DNA from: Luteolibacter sp.
Lineage (GTDB): Bacteria > Verrucomicrobiota > Verrucomicrobiia > Verrucomicrobiales > Akkermansiaceae
DNA: 64,000 bases
Assembly (NCBI GenBank): GCA_044361475.1
Contig: JBIKIR010000002.1
Location: 18,543-82,542 of the forward strand
Direction: 5' to 3'
The position numbers and the translations under genes are program-made. Below, in pieces: positions 47,344 to 57,667 of the stretch. A model generated the notes under the pieces. That model was not told the DNA's origin, did no database searches, and was given only the letters and a program-made list of their open reading frames with translations. Each line of letters starts with the position of its first letter. Position 1 is the first letter of the stretch.

Positions 47344-48570
47344 ATGTTTCATCAAAAATTTCGCCACTGGCTGCTGCTTGCCTGCCTCGCCATTCCCGTT
47401 CACGCGCAACCTGCGGTGGTCGTGACGCTTTCCACGGTTGGCGATCGTGTGCGCGCCCAAAACCCCGAGCTCGCCGCCGCACGCCTGCGCATCCAGGAAG
47501 CCGCCGCGCGCGTGAAGCAATCAGGACGACTGCCGAATCCAAATCTCGAAACCGCCTTCGAACGCGATGCGTCATTCAATGAACACAAACTCGAAGTTGG
47601 ATTCACCCAGCGTTTTCCGGTCACTAACCGCCTGCGTCTCGAAAAAACCATCTCGTCCATCGAGTTGCGTGCGGCCGAATCGGAAGTGCGCGAAATCGAG
47701 CGACAACTCATCAGCCAAGCCCGCGAAACAGCCGTGAAGTTGCACGCCATCCGCCAGCAACAGGCGCTGCTTCGCAATCAAAACAGGCTCATGCGGCAGT
47801 ATGCCCAAAGCCTCGCCGATAGCGCGCAAAAAGGCGAGGTCTCACCACTCGACGCGGGTCAGGCAAAACTCGACGCAGCCTCGCTCGAGATTCAGTCACG
47901 CGAACTCGAATCCGAGCAAAACATCCACATCGGCATGCTCAAGCTCCTGCTTGGCATCCACTCAGGCGAGGCCATCGAAATCGATGGTGAACTCACCGAA
48001 CCCGAGATCCCGCACAACACGGCCAAGCTCTCCCAACGACCCGACCTCCAAAAGGCCGAACTCGCATTGCAGGCCGCCACGCAGCAGATCGGGCTCGAAA
48101 AAAGCCGTCGCTACGATGACATCGAAGGCGGCCTCTTCGCTTCCAGCAATCGCAGAGAAGACGCTCCCGAAGGTTACGACACCGAAACGATGGTCGGGCT
48201 GAGCCTGAAAATTCCTCTGCCGTTTTGGAATCAAAACACCGCGGCCATCGAGGAAGCAAAGATCCGCAAGACGCGCGTTGAAAACGAAGCAATCGCACTC
48301 GCGCGTAAGATCAGCCTCGAAGCGGAAACCGCCCAAGCTGACATGAAACAATGGGCCTCGCTCGCTCGCGAAATCAAAGGCTCGCTCCTTCCACTCGCCG
48401 AGCAGCAAGCGCAAGCCACCGAGACCGCTTATGCCAACGGGCAAACCGAAATCCGAACGCTGCTGACCGCCAAACAAAAATACCTCGAACTCGCCTCATC
48501 GCACATCGACGCGCTGCGCGAATTCCACCTCGCCCGCGTGCGCTACGACGCGGCCTTGGGCAATCCATAA
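47344..48570 (+). CDS. TolC-family outer membrane efflux protein (CzcC/CusC-like)
   Basis: ORF 47245..48570, start at MFHQKFRHWLLLACLAIPVHAQ (signal peptide). Two-repeat coiled OMF architecture, first gene of the CBA order. Confidence 0.85.
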   Translation: MFHQKFRHWLLLACLAIPVHAQPAVVVTLSTVGDRVRAQNPELAAARLRIQEAAARVKQSGRLPNPNLETAFERDASFNEHKLEVGFTQRFPVTNRLRLEKTISSIELRAAESEVREIERQLISQARETAVKLHAIRQQQALLRNQNRLMRQYAQSLADSAQKGEVSPLDAGQAKLDAASLEIQSRELESEQNIHIGMLKLLLGIHSGEAIEIDGELTEPEIPHNTAKLSQRPDLQKAELALQAATQQIGLEKSRRYDDIEGGLFASSNRREDAPEGYDTETMVGLSLKIPLPFWNQNTAAIEEAKIRKTRVENEAIALARKISLEAETAQADMKQWASLAREIKGSLLPLAEQQAQATETAYANGQTEIRTLLTAKQKYLELASSHIDALREFHLARVRYDAALGNP

Positions 48571-48589
48571 ACCAAATTTCCTCATCATC

Positions 48590-49774
48590 ATGAAACCATC
48601 ATTCATTCCATTGCTTGTCACCTTGCTGATCACTCCATGCGCCTTTTCCGCCGTGGCGGTTCCACCGGTCATCCTCACCGAACAAGGCGTCAGGAACCTC
48701 GGCCTTGAAACCGTCGTCGTCGAAGAAGCCGACTTCGAAACCACCACCTTCGCCCTCGGTCGCACCGAGGCGAATCCGGAACATCGATCCGTCCTCAGCA
48801 GCCGCGTCTCAGGACGTGTCATCGAAACAAACCTCAGCATCGGCAGCTATGTCGAGAAAGGCGACAAACTCGTTCTGTTAGAAAGTCGTCAACCCGGCAC
48901 CCCACCACCAAGCATTTGGCTCACGGCTCCAGCCAACGGCACAGTCATTTCCATCAACACCAAGCTCGGAGCACCGGTCGAACCCACCGACAGTCTCGCG
49001 GAACTCGCCGATCTGAAAACCATCTATCTGATCGCCACATTGCCGCAAGGCACCGCCGGAAAAATCAAACAAGGCACGCAGGCGAAGATTCGTTTTCCGA
49101 TCCGCCCGGACAAGGAATACACCGCGACCTTGTTGAAATTCGCGGCCTGTCCTTGCCCCGATCCCGCTTGTGCGCTGGGTCAGGATGTTTCCACCCGTTC
49201 GGAAAAAACCGAAGGCGCGGATCTCAACACCGCCGGTGTCATCTTCACCATCGAGAACCCCGACAATCAACTACGCCCCGGCATGAACGCCGAGTGCTCG
49301 ATCGTCATGGAAAAACGCGAGGGTGTACTCAGCGTCCCGCGCGAGACGATCCAGGGCGGCGCCACCAACCGTCATGTTTATGTCAAACACATGACCATAC
49401 CCAACGCCTTCGATCGGGTAAACGTGCAAAGCGGAATTTCGAACAATGATCGCGTGGAAATCATCGACGGCCTATTGCCCGGAGACGAAGTCGTGACCCG
49501 CGGTTCTTACTCGCTCGGTTTCGCCGGCAGTGGCGGCGGACCCTCGCTCAAAGAAGCCTTGGACGCCGCACACGGTCACGAGCACAACGAGGACGGATCG
49601 GAAAAAACAGCCGATCAAAAAGCCGACTCGAGTTCGGCGCATGACCACGCGTCACACGGCACAAGCATCCGCGAGATCTTCTTCATGGCAGCCACCGCCA
49701 TCCTCGCCGCGTGGTTGGTCGTCACCTCGCTGCGTCAGCGTCAGTCCAAAACCGCCAGCAACAAACTTTCCTGA
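48590..49774 (+). CDS. RND efflux periplasmic adaptor (CzcB/CusB-like MFP) with His-rich tail and C-terminal hydrophobic helix
   Basis: 394 aa. Signal peptide, barrel-sandwich/HlyD_D23-like core (..GDKLVLLES.., ..LRPGMNAECSIV..). The tail is AAHGHEHNEDGSEKTADQKADSSSAHDHASHG, followed by IFFMAATAILAAWLVVTSL. Confidence 0.85.
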   Translation: MKPSFIPLLVTLLITPCAFSAVAVPPVILTEQGVRNLGLETVVVEEADFETTTFALGRTEANPEHRSVLSSRVSGRVIETNLSIGSYVEKGDKLVLLESRQPGTPPPSIWLTAPANGTVISINTKLGAPVEPTDSLAELADLKTIYLIATLPQGTAGKIKQGTQAKIRFPIRPDKEYTATLLKFAACPCPDPACALGQDVSTRSEKTEGADLNTAGVIFTIENPDNQLRPGMNAECSIVMEKREGVLSVPRETIQGGATNRHVYVKHMTIPNAFDRVNVQSGISNNDRVEIIDGLLPGDEVVTRGSYSLGFAGSGGGPSLKEALDAAHGHEHNEDGSEKTADQKADSSSAHDHASHGTSIREIFFMAATAILAAWLVVTSLRQRQSKTASNKLS

Positions 49775-49777
49775 TCC

Positions 49778-52700
49778 ATGCTCAACACACTCATCCGTTG
49801 GTCGCTACGCAATCGCGCGATCATTCTCTGCCTTTCGCTGTTGATCCTGGCGATGGGTTTCAAAACCGGCAGTGAACTTCCGGTCGAAGTCCTTCCCGAT
49901 CTCACCAAACCCACGGTCACCATTCTGACAGAAGCGCCCGGGCTTTCACCCGAGGAAGTCGAAGCACTCGTCACCCAACCGATCGAAAACTCGATGATGG
50001 GCGTTGCAGGTCTGACCCGCATGCGCTCGACCTCGGACATCGCGCTTTCGCTCGTCTTCGCCGAATTTGAATGGGGCACCGACATTTACAAGGCACGCCA
50101 GTTTGTCCAAGAGCGCTTGCAAGTCGCCCGCGAACAACTGCCGCAGGAAACCCAGCCCTACCTCACCCCCGTGGCATCATTGATGGGAGAGATCCTGCTC
50201 ATCGGCGTGAAAAGCACCGATGGAAAAACCGCAGCGATGGATGTTCGAACGGTGGCTGACTGGACGATCAGAAAGCGCCTTCAGGCCATTCCAGGTGTCG
50301 CCGAAGTGCTCAACATGGGCGGCGGAGTCAAGCAGGCCCAAGTCCAGCCCGACCCATGGCGCATGCAGGCCAACGGTGTGACCATCGAAGAACTCGAGGA
50401 CTCGGTTCGAAAGGCCGCGTCCAACACCACCGGCGGTTTCATCGACAGCGGACCACAGGAAATCATGGTCCGCAATCTCGCCATGACGGTCGAGCTCGAG
50501 GACATCGCGCGCACCATCATCAAGATGTCGAGCGGTCGCCCTATCGCGATCTCCGATGTCGCCACCGTCGCCTGGGGCACGGAACCGAAACGCGGCGAGG
50601 CCGCCGTCAATGGCAGCCCCGGCGTGATCATGAGCGTCATCAAGGCCCCCGGATTCGACACCATCGCGCTCACTGAAAAAATTGAAGCGGCGATTCAAGG
50701 CCTTCAAGCCACCCTTCCCGAAAGCGTTGAAGCCACCGTGCTGTTCCGCCAACGCGATTTCATCGACAGCGCCATCGGCAACCTCAAGAAGGCCATCGTC
50801 GAAGGAGCGGTCATGGTGACCGTGGTGCTGCTGCTTTTCCTGCTCAGCTTTCGTACCACATTCATCACGCTGATGGCGATGCCGCTGAGTTTTTGCATCA
50901 CCCTGCTCACCTTCCAATGGATGGGGCTCAGCGTGAACAGCATGACGCTCGGCGGCCTCGCTGTCGCCATCGGCATGGTTGTCGATGATGCGATCGTCGA
51001 TGTGGAAAATGTGTTTCGCCGACTACGTGAAAATGCCCGACTCAAGGAACCGCTGCCGAAACTTGAACTCATCGCGCTCGCGTCTGGCGAGGTGCGCAAC
51101 TCGATCCTCTACGCCACCATCCTGATCGTGCTGGTGTTCATCCCGCTGCTCGGACTTTCTGGAGTGGAGGGCAAACTCTTCGCACCCATCGCCATCGCGA
51201 CGATCATCAGCATGATCGCTTCCTTTGTGGTTTCACTCACAACGATCCCCGTGCTCTGCTCTTTCCTGCTGAAAGAGAAACCTGCCGACGAAGGGCACAG
51301 CCACAACGATGGTCGATTGGTCCGCTCTCTGAAGCGCGTGCTCAAGAACACGATCCTCGGTCTCAGTCTGCGCCAACCTGGCATCATCATCGCCTCGGTA
51401 TCCGCGTTGCTTGCGCTGGCCTTCATGCTCTACCCGCAGATGAGCCGCGACTTTCTGCCCGCCTTCCACGAGGAGACCGCCGTCGTCACCACCGGTGCCG
51501 GCCCGGGGACCTCATTGGCGGAAATGGAAATCATTTCGAATGCCGTGGAGGATCAGATCCGTCAGGTGCCTGAAGTTCTCCACATTGGCCGCCGCATCGG
51601 TCGCGCCGAACGCAGCGACCACGTCGTCCCAATGAACAATGTCGAATTCGATATCGATTTCAAAAAAGACGGCAAAGGCCGCCCGCTCAAAGTCGTGCTC
51701 GATGACATCCGCGACCGCATCAAGACGGTTCCCGGCACCTTTAGCATCATCTCAGGACCACTTTCCCACCGCATCAGCCACCTGCTCAGCGGCGTCACCT
51801 CACCAGTCGCGGTGAAGATCTTCGGCCCCGACCTCGCCACCATCACCCAGCTAGGCGAACAGGTTCAAAAAATATCCAAAACCATTCCCGGCCTGCAGGA
51901 TGCCAAGCTCGACATGCAGGCGCAGATCCCGCAGCTCCGCATCGAACTTGACCGCGACCGCGCCCTTGCCCACGGCGTTTCCCCCGGCGAGCTGAATGCC
52001 GAGCTCTCCACGCTGTTGGGGGGATCCAATGTCGCCCAACTCCGCGAGAGCCAGCGCATCATCGACCTCGCCATTCGCTTGCCGGAACACTGGCGCGGCG
52101 ATGCGGAAACCATCCGCGAGCTACCAATCCACACGGTCACCGGCCACCACATCCCGCTCAAGCTCGTCGCTGATGTGCGCGAAGCTTCCGGCCCCAGCTC
52201 GGTCTATCGCGAAAACACCCAACGCCGTTACGTGGTATCCATCAAACCCAGCGAACGCGATGCCGGAGCTCTCGTGAAACAGCTGGAGGAAAAAGTCCGC
52301 GAGCAGGTGAAATTGCCCGAAGGATATTTCATCAGCTACGAAGGTGATTTCCGAGCCGAACAGGCCGCCGCCAAACGCATCGCTATTCTCTTCTCAGGTA
52401 TCCTCATGGTGATCGTGCTGCTGCTGTGGTCCTACTTCCGCAGCCTCGTTCTTGCTTTTCAAGTGCTGCTCAACCTGCCACTCGCGCTGATGGGCAGCTT
52501 GATACTGACCTGGTGTTTGGTTGGAAACATCAGCATCGCCACGCTGGTCGGCTTTATCGCCGTCGGCGGCGTCGCCGCGCGCAACGGGATCATGATGATT
52601 TCCCACTACCTCCACCTCATGAAACACGAAGGCGAAGAATTCACTGATGCCATGATCGAACGCGGCACACTGGAGAGGCTTGTACCTGTCACCATGACCG

Positions 52701-52909
52701 CCCTATCGGCAGGCATCGCGCTCATCCCCTTCGTCATTGCCATGGGCGAACCCGGTAAGGAAATCCTTAGCCCTGTCGCGATCTGCATCGTTGGCGGTTT
52801 GGTCAGTTCCACGCTGCTCGACTTCGCCGTCACCCCTGCAGTGTTCCGCCTGTTCGGCAAAAAGGCCGCCGCCAAGGCCCTCGCCCTCAACGCGCCAGCC
52901 ACTCATTGA
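49778..52909 (+). CDS. Heavy-metal efflux RND pump, CzcA/CusA family
   Basis: 1043 aa. MLNTLIRWSLRNRAIILCLSL..PVEVLPDLTKPTVTILTEAPGLSPEEVE is a typical HME-RND N-terminus, with 12-TM topology. Substrate not assignable by eye. Confidence 0.93.
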   Translation: MLNTLIRWSLRNRAIILCLSLLILAMGFKTGSELPVEVLPDLTKPTVTILTEAPGLSPEEVEALVTQPIENSMMGVAGLTRMRSTSDIALSLVFAEFEWGTDIYKARQFVQERLQVAREQLPQETQPYLTPVASLMGEILLIGVKSTDGKTAAMDVRTVADWTIRKRLQAIPGVAEVLNMGGGVKQAQVQPDPWRMQANGVTIEELEDSVRKAASNTTGGFIDSGPQEIMVRNLAMTVELEDIARTIIKMSSGRPIAISDVATVAWGTEPKRGEAAVNGSPGVIMSVIKAPGFDTIALTEKIEAAIQGLQATLPESVEATVLFRQRDFIDSAIGNLKKAIVEGAVMVTVVLLLFLLSFRTTFITLMAMPLSFCITLLTFQWMGLSVNSMTLGGLAVAIGMVVDDAIVDVENVFRRLRENARLKEPLPKLELIALASGEVRNSILYATILIVLVFIPLLGLSGVEGKLFAPIAIATIISMIASFVVSLTTIPVLCSFLLKEKPADEGHSHNDGRLVRSLKRVLKNTILGLSLRQPGIIIASVSALLALAFMLYPQMSRDFLPAFHEETAVVTTGAGPGTSLAEMEIISNAVEDQIRQVPEVLHIGRRIGRAERSDHVVPMNNVEFDIDFKKDGKGRPLKVVLDDIRDRIKTVPGTFSIISGPLSHRISHLLSGVTSPVAVKIFGPDLATITQLGEQVQKISKTIPGLQDAKLDMQAQIPQLRIELDRDRALAHGVSPGELNAELSTLLGGSNVAQLRESQRIIDLAIRLPEHWRGDAETIRELPIHTVTGHHIPLKLVADVREASGPSSVYRENTQRRYVVSIKPSERDAGALVKQLEEKVREQVKLPEGYFISYEGDFRAEQAAAKRIAILFSGILMVIVLLLWSYFRSLVLAFQVLLNLPLALMGSLILTWCLVGNISIATLVGFIAVGGVAARNGIMMISHYLHLMKHEGEEFTDAMIERGTLERLVPVTMTALSAGIALIPFVIAMGEPGKEILSPVAICIVGGLVSSTLLDFAVTPAVFRLFGKKAAAKALALNAPATH

Positions 52910-52953
52910 AGAACCATCACCCGAAAACAAACAACCAACACAAAACTGCAACC

Positions 52954-53406
52954 ATGAAAACAAAACTGAAACTGACCACCACCTTGCTCATTGCCCTGTT
53001 TGCCAGCCCGCTCGCTCTTGCAGACGGAGATCATGATCACGGCAAGGAAGAACACCACGAGCACGAGGAGCATATCACAAATGGACCCAACGGCGGCCAT
53101 GTCGTTGAATCCAAAGCGGGATTCTCGATCGAAATCACCGTGGACAAAGAGCGCAAAGCCCGCATCGTTTTCCTAGACAAGGACAACAAAGTCGTCGCTC
53201 TCACCGAACAAAGCATCACCGGCATCGCCGGCGAACGATCCGCGCCAACCAAGCTCTCCTTCGCCAAGGACAAGGATGCCGACGCCAACGTGCTCATGGC
53301 CGACCAACCATTGCCCGCCGGTGCCCACGTCCCGGTCATCCTCATGATCAAGACCACTCCCGACGCCAAAGCGGTCACCGAGCGCTTCGAACTGCATCTG
53401 CATTGA
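52954..53406 (+). CDS. Secreted His-rich protein downstream of the RND pump
   Basis: ORF 52906..53406, start at MKTKLKLTTTLLIALFASPLALA (signal). Then DGDHDHGKEEHHEHEEH, followed by a beta-rich domain of about 110 aa. Confidence 0.6.
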   Translation: MKTKLKLTTTLLIALFASPLALADGDHDHGKEEHHEHEEHITNGPNGGHVVESKAGFSIEITVDKERKARIVFLDKDNKVVALTEQSITGIAGERSAPTKLSFAKDKDADANVLMADQPLPAGAHVPVILMIKTTPDAKAVTERFELHLH

Positions 53407-53525
53407 TACGAAGTTTTTCCCGAAGCGGTTGACGATTGCATCGTCTGAGCCGCTGCACGATGGGCCGGATGGATAGAAGAGTGAGCCGCCAACCCGCGCA
53501 TCAAAAAAAGGACCCAGATCTTCAA

Positions 53526-53556
53526 GCCCCTCGTTCATCGAGGGGCACTTTTTTTG
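53526..53556 (+). terminator. Intrinsic terminator closing the metal-efflux operon
   Basis: GCCCCTCG-TTCAT-CGAGGGGC followed by ACTTTTTTTG. Confidence 0.7.
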
Positions 53557-53600
53557 TCGTGCAATCGTGAGCCTGATGTAAGACTGCTTCCAGCCCGCTG

Positions 53601-54980
53601 ATGTCCGAAGCCGCCCAGGAAGACACCCTGCTCCTTGTGGATCCCGATCTCGATTTCCTTGATTGGGCCACGAAGCATTTGTTTGCGAAGAACCTCAAAA
53701 TCCTGCGCTGCGACAATGCTGCCAATGCGTTGAAGGTGGTCGAAAAGACTCCCGTCGGCGTGGTGGTTGCCGCGATGGAGCTCGAGCCCTTCGACGGCAT
53801 GGAGTTGCTTGGCCGCATCCTCCAGCACAGCCCGAACACAATGGTCATTCTCACCGCGGGCTTCCCTAGCACCGGCCAAATCATCGAGGCCACCCAACGC
53901 GGTGCCCACGATGTGCTGCGCAAGGAATCGCTCGCCTTCGAACTTCGCACGGTCGTCGAGTCGGCCCTGCAAATGCGCGAAGAGCGCCGCAGCGCGGGCA
54001 AGCCGGCGGCGGAACTTCCGAAGAACGACGGCCGCGTGAAAATGATCGGCATTTCGCGCGCGCTCCAAGGGGTCTTCAAAATGGTTGGCCGCGTCGCACG
54101 ATCAGACGCGCCTGTTCTCATCGCCGGCGAAAGCGGCACCGGCAAGGAGCTCGTCGCAAAAGCCGTGCACGAATACAGCCCGCGCCACCACAAGGAGATG
54201 ATCACCATCAACTGCGGTGCCATTCCGGAAAACCTTCTCGAGAGCGAACTCTTCGGTCATGAAAAAGGCTCGTTCACCGGTGCGATCGCACGCCGCGCCG
54301 GACGCTTCGAGCAAGCGGATGGCGGCACGCTTTTTCTCGATGAAATCGGCGACATGCCGCTCAGCATCCAAGTGAAACTGCTGCGTGTCCTGCAGGACGG
54401 ATCCTTCTCTCGCGTCGGCTCCAACGAAAACCTCACCACCGATGTGCGCATCATCGCCGCGACGCACAAGAACCTCGCCGAGGAAGTCGCCGCCGGCCGC
54501 TTTCGCGAGGATCTTTATTACCGCCTCAATGTCGTCGAGATCCGCATCCCGGCGCTCCGCGAACGCCTCGAAGACATCCCGCTGCTCGCGGAATTTTTCC
54601 TCCAACGCATCACCCGCAAGAACGGCATGGCACGCATCCGCCTCACCGCCGAAGCAGTGAACCTCCTGCAGTCCCACACCTGGCCGGGAAATGTGCGCGA
54701 ACTCGAAAACACGATTGCCCGAGCCTGCGCACTAGCCACTTCGAACATCCTCCTGCCAGCCGACATCCCGCTCGCATCGATCCCCGGCAAATCCCCCGCC
54801 CTGCTCACCAACGCGATCGACCAATTGATCAATCTCGCCCCGACCGATGACGACCTGTTCGCATGGGCCAAGCGCGAAATCGCCGGTCGCGTCGTCGAGC
54901 GCGCGGATGGAGACCTCAAAAAAGCCGCTCTCTCACTGCACCTTTCGGTCGCCGGCCTCCGCGACATTCTCAAAAGTTGA
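53601..54980 (+). CDS. Sigma-54-dependent transcriptional activator (NtrC-type bEBP) with atypical receiver domain
   Basis: 459 aa. AAA+ Walker A GESGTGKE, sigma-54 contact loop GSFTGA, Walker B LFLDEIG, C-terminal Fis-type HTH. The receiver-like N-terminus has Ala where the phospho-acceptor Asp should be ([13 protein letters not shown]). Confidence 0.9.
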   Translation: MSEAAQEDTLLLVDPDLDFLDWATKHLFAKNLKILRCDNAANALKVVEKTPVGVVVAAMELEPFDGMELLGRILQHSPNTMVILTAGFPSTGQIIEATQRGAHDVLRKESLAFELRTVVESALQMREERRSAGKPAAELPKNDGRVKMIGISRALQGVFKMVGRVARSDAPVLIAGESGTGKELVAKAVHEYSPRHHKEMITINCGAIPENLLESELFGHEKGSFTGAIARRAGRFEQADGGTLFLDEIGDMPLSIQVKLLRVLQDGSFSRVGSNENLTTDVRIIAATHKNLAEEVAAGRFREDLYYRLNVVEIRIPALRERLEDIPLLAEFFLQRITRKNGMARIRLTAEAVNLLQSHTWPGNVRELENTIARACALATSNILLPADIPLASIPGKSPALLTNAIDQLINLAPTDDDLFAWAKREIAGRVVERADGDLKKAALSLHLSVAGLRDILKS

Positions 54981-55068
54981 GGGCTCAAGCCGCTTTACCA
55001 AATTGGCGCTTTTCCGGTCATCCGGACTGGCCACACCCACGAACTGATGCAAGGATACGCGCGACGAA

Positions 55069-57630
55069 ATGCACCTGAGGTCGATTCTGCCACTCATGCT
55101 CGCGCTTGCCTGCGCCCCCGCCCGCGGTCAGGGCGCGGACGACGATATGCGCAAGGGCGATGAGTCGCTCGCAGCCGGGCTCTGGGAAATCGCCGCATTT
55201 CACTACGACCGCAGCCTGCAAGGTGCCAAGCTTGAGCCCGAGCAAAGCGCCCGCGCAGCCATTGGCCTGGCCGAAGCATGGATCCGCGCCGGAAAATCCG
55301 CCGAGGCCCTCGACCTGCTCGAGCAATCGATCGCACGCAAGCACCCGGAACAGCCGTTTTGGAAAGGTCAGGCCCTCGCCGCCTCCGGCCGCATCGCCGA
55401 TGCGATCGCCCAGCTCGCCCCACTGATGGAAAAGCCCGATGCCCCGCACCGTTTTGAAACGGCGGCAAGCCTCGCCAACCTGCAACTCGCGATCGGCCAA
55501 ACCGATGCCGCACTCGCCACACTGGCGGGACTGGAAAATTCCGTCGACCCATCGCAAGCGCCCGACCTCTTGCTGCGCGAAGTGGAAATCCTGATCGATG
55601 CAAAAAAAATTGCCGACGCGCGCAAGCTTCTCGCCTCGGTCGAATCGTTTCCCGAAAAATTCCAAGCAAGGGCCAAACTTCTCAACGCCCACCTCACGCT
55701 CGCCGAAAACCAACACTCAGTCGCCGCCGGACTTTTCAAGACACTCATCGATCAACCACAAGGCCTCAAACTCCGCCAGTTCCACTCGGCCGCTGTCGGG
55801 CTTGCCGACGCATTGAATGGCTCCGATGGCCCCGCCGCGTCATTGGCATTCATGATTTCATTCATCGGCGAATACCCGGACTCTCCACAACTCGCAGCAC
55901 TCTTCCAACGCATCGAAAACATGCTGCCGGAAAAACCGCTCGCGGATGATCCGATCCTTGTCCAACTCGCGCAATGGATCAGCGCCGATGAGATCACACC
56001 CACCGGCCTCGTCCCCACCGATGATGCGACCTGCGCCGGCGCATGGCCATCCGCAAAACCGCGCGAGGAAATTGTCGCCCATGCAATCTTCACCCGCGCG
56101 CTCGCACTCGACCGCAATGGATCGACAGCGGCGCTCGCGGAATCGCGCCGACTCACCAACCGCCTGCGCGCGGAGTTTTCCGATCACCCACTCACCAACC
56201 GCGCGCTGCTGATGATCGCCAAACGGGACCTCGCCGCCGTCGCATACGACAAGGCCGCTCACACGCTCACGATCCTTCGCGAAAATTCGAGCCTCCCGCA
56301 AGAGCGTGGCGAAGCAGCTTTCCTCGAAGCAATGGAGGCTTACAAAAAAGGCGAAACAGGCCCCGCCGCCAAACTTTTCGAACAAGCCGCCATGGACCTC
56401 GAAAACGAGAACTCCAATAACGCGCGCTTCAACTCACTTGTCGCGCTGACGATGGATGAAAAGCAAAGCGCCTCGTCGCTCACCACCATCGCCAACATCA
56501 AGGATCCGGCACTCGCCGACGACATCAAACTCGAACGCGCAATGGCCGCAAAGTCATCGCCGGAAAAAACCGCTGCGCTCGCGGAATTTACCTCTCAAAA
56601 CCCGGAGCACCCGCGCGCCAACGAAGCCCGCATCGCCGCCGCCCACGCCGCACTCGACCAATCGCCGCCCGATCTCACCCGCGCGCAAAACTCGCTCGAT
56701 GAACTCGCCAAACAAGCCGACACCCCGCAAGGGGTTCCACCCGCGCAGCTCGCTTGGTTGAAACTTCGCATCTCCTCCGCAGCACGCGACCTGCCCGCGG
56801 TGATTGCCAACGCCAACGCCTTGCTCACCGAATTTCCCGCCGATCCGGTGGCGGGCGATGCCGCCCTGCTGCTCGGCCGCGCCCACTTCGAATCCCGTAG
56901 CTACAACGACGCGCGACTGGTGCTCGAGAAACTCGCCGCCACCAGCGCCGACCCTTCACGCGCCCAAGCGGCATGGTTGCTCGCCGCACAATCGGCCGCA
57001 CTCGTGCAAACCCCACAATCGCGCCAGGAAGCATTGATCCTTTTCAAAAAATCCAGCGAATCAAACTCTCCGCTCGCGTCGGTCGCCCAACTCGAAATGG
57101 CCCGACTCATGATCGACATGAATCAGGCCGAAGAAGCGGTCAATCTGCTTCGCCCATGGTTTTCCTCATTGCAAAAAACCGATCCGATCCACCAAACCTG
57201 CGGCCTGCTGCTCGGCGATGCGCTGCAAGCATTGAGCCTCACACGCCCCGATGCCCTCGGCGACGCTCTTGGAATTTACGACGTGCTGCTTGCCAACACC
57301 GACAAGAAATCACCGCACTTCAACCGCCTTCAATACCTGCGCGGCCGCATCCTCGAACAAGTTCCCGACAAGCCGGACAGCCCTGGCCAAAACGAACAGG
57401 AAGCCCTGCGCTCCTACTACTCGGTGCTCGAAACCAGCGAAACTCCAACCGAGTGGAACTACTTCGAGCTTTGCGGATTCCGCGCGCTCACGCTTTGCGA
57501 AAAAGCCCAACGCTGGCAGGCCGCCATCGCCTGCGCCCGCAAAATCGCTTCTTTCAATGGCCCTCGCGCCGATGAAGCCAAACAACGCGCCGAACAAATC
57601 CGCCTCAAAAACATGATTTGGGAAGACTGA
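55069..57630 (+). CDS. Secreted TPR-repeat protein
   Basis: 853 aa. Signal peptide MHLRSILPLMLALACAPARG. Ala/Leu-rich helical repeats throughout (TPR-like by eye). No catalytic motif seen. Confidence 0.75.
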   Translation: MHLRSILPLMLALACAPARGQGADDDMRKGDESLAAGLWEIAAFHYDRSLQGAKLEPEQSARAAIGLAEAWIRAGKSAEALDLLEQSIARKHPEQPFWKGQALAASGRIADAIAQLAPLMEKPDAPHRFETAASLANLQLAIGQTDAALATLAGLENSVDPSQAPDLLLREVEILIDAKKIADARKLLASVESFPEKFQARAKLLNAHLTLAENQHSVAAGLFKTLIDQPQGLKLRQFHSAAVGLADALNGSDGPAASLAFMISFIGEYPDSPQLAALFQRIENMLPEKPLADDPILVQLAQWISADEITPTGLVPTDDATCAGAWPSAKPREEIVAHAIFTRALALDRNGSTAALAESRRLTNRLRAEFSDHPLTNRALLMIAKRDLAAVAYDKAAHTLTILRENSSLPQERGEAAFLEAMEAYKKGETGPAAKLFEQAAMDLENENSNNARFNSLVALTMDEKQSASSLTTIANIKDPALADDIKLERAMAAKSSPEKTAALAEFTSQNPEHPRANEARIAAAHAALDQSPPDLTRAQNSLDELAKQADTPQGVPPAQLAWLKLRISSAARDLPAVIANANALLTEFPADPVAGDAALLLGRAHFESRSYNDARLVLEKLAATSADPSRAQAAWLLAAQSAALVQTPQSRQEALILFKKSSESNSPLASVAQLEMARLMIDMNQAEEAVNLLRPWFSSLQKTDPIHQTCGLLLGDALQALSLTRPDALGDALGIYDVLLANTDKKSPHFNRLQYLRGRILEQVPDKPDSPGQNEQEALRSYYSVLETSETPTEWNYFELCGFRALTLCEKAQRWQAAIACARKIASFNGPRADEAKQRAEQIRLKNMIWED

Positions 57631-57667
57631 TCCCAAACCAACCCCATCATCCCAACACCCGACGATT

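Noticed and set aside
54981-55068. Sigma-54 promoter upstream of the TPR gene (TTGGCGC.., CTGGCCAC..)
   Set aside because: GG elements are present, but no TTGC/GC element occurs at the required 10-nt spacing.
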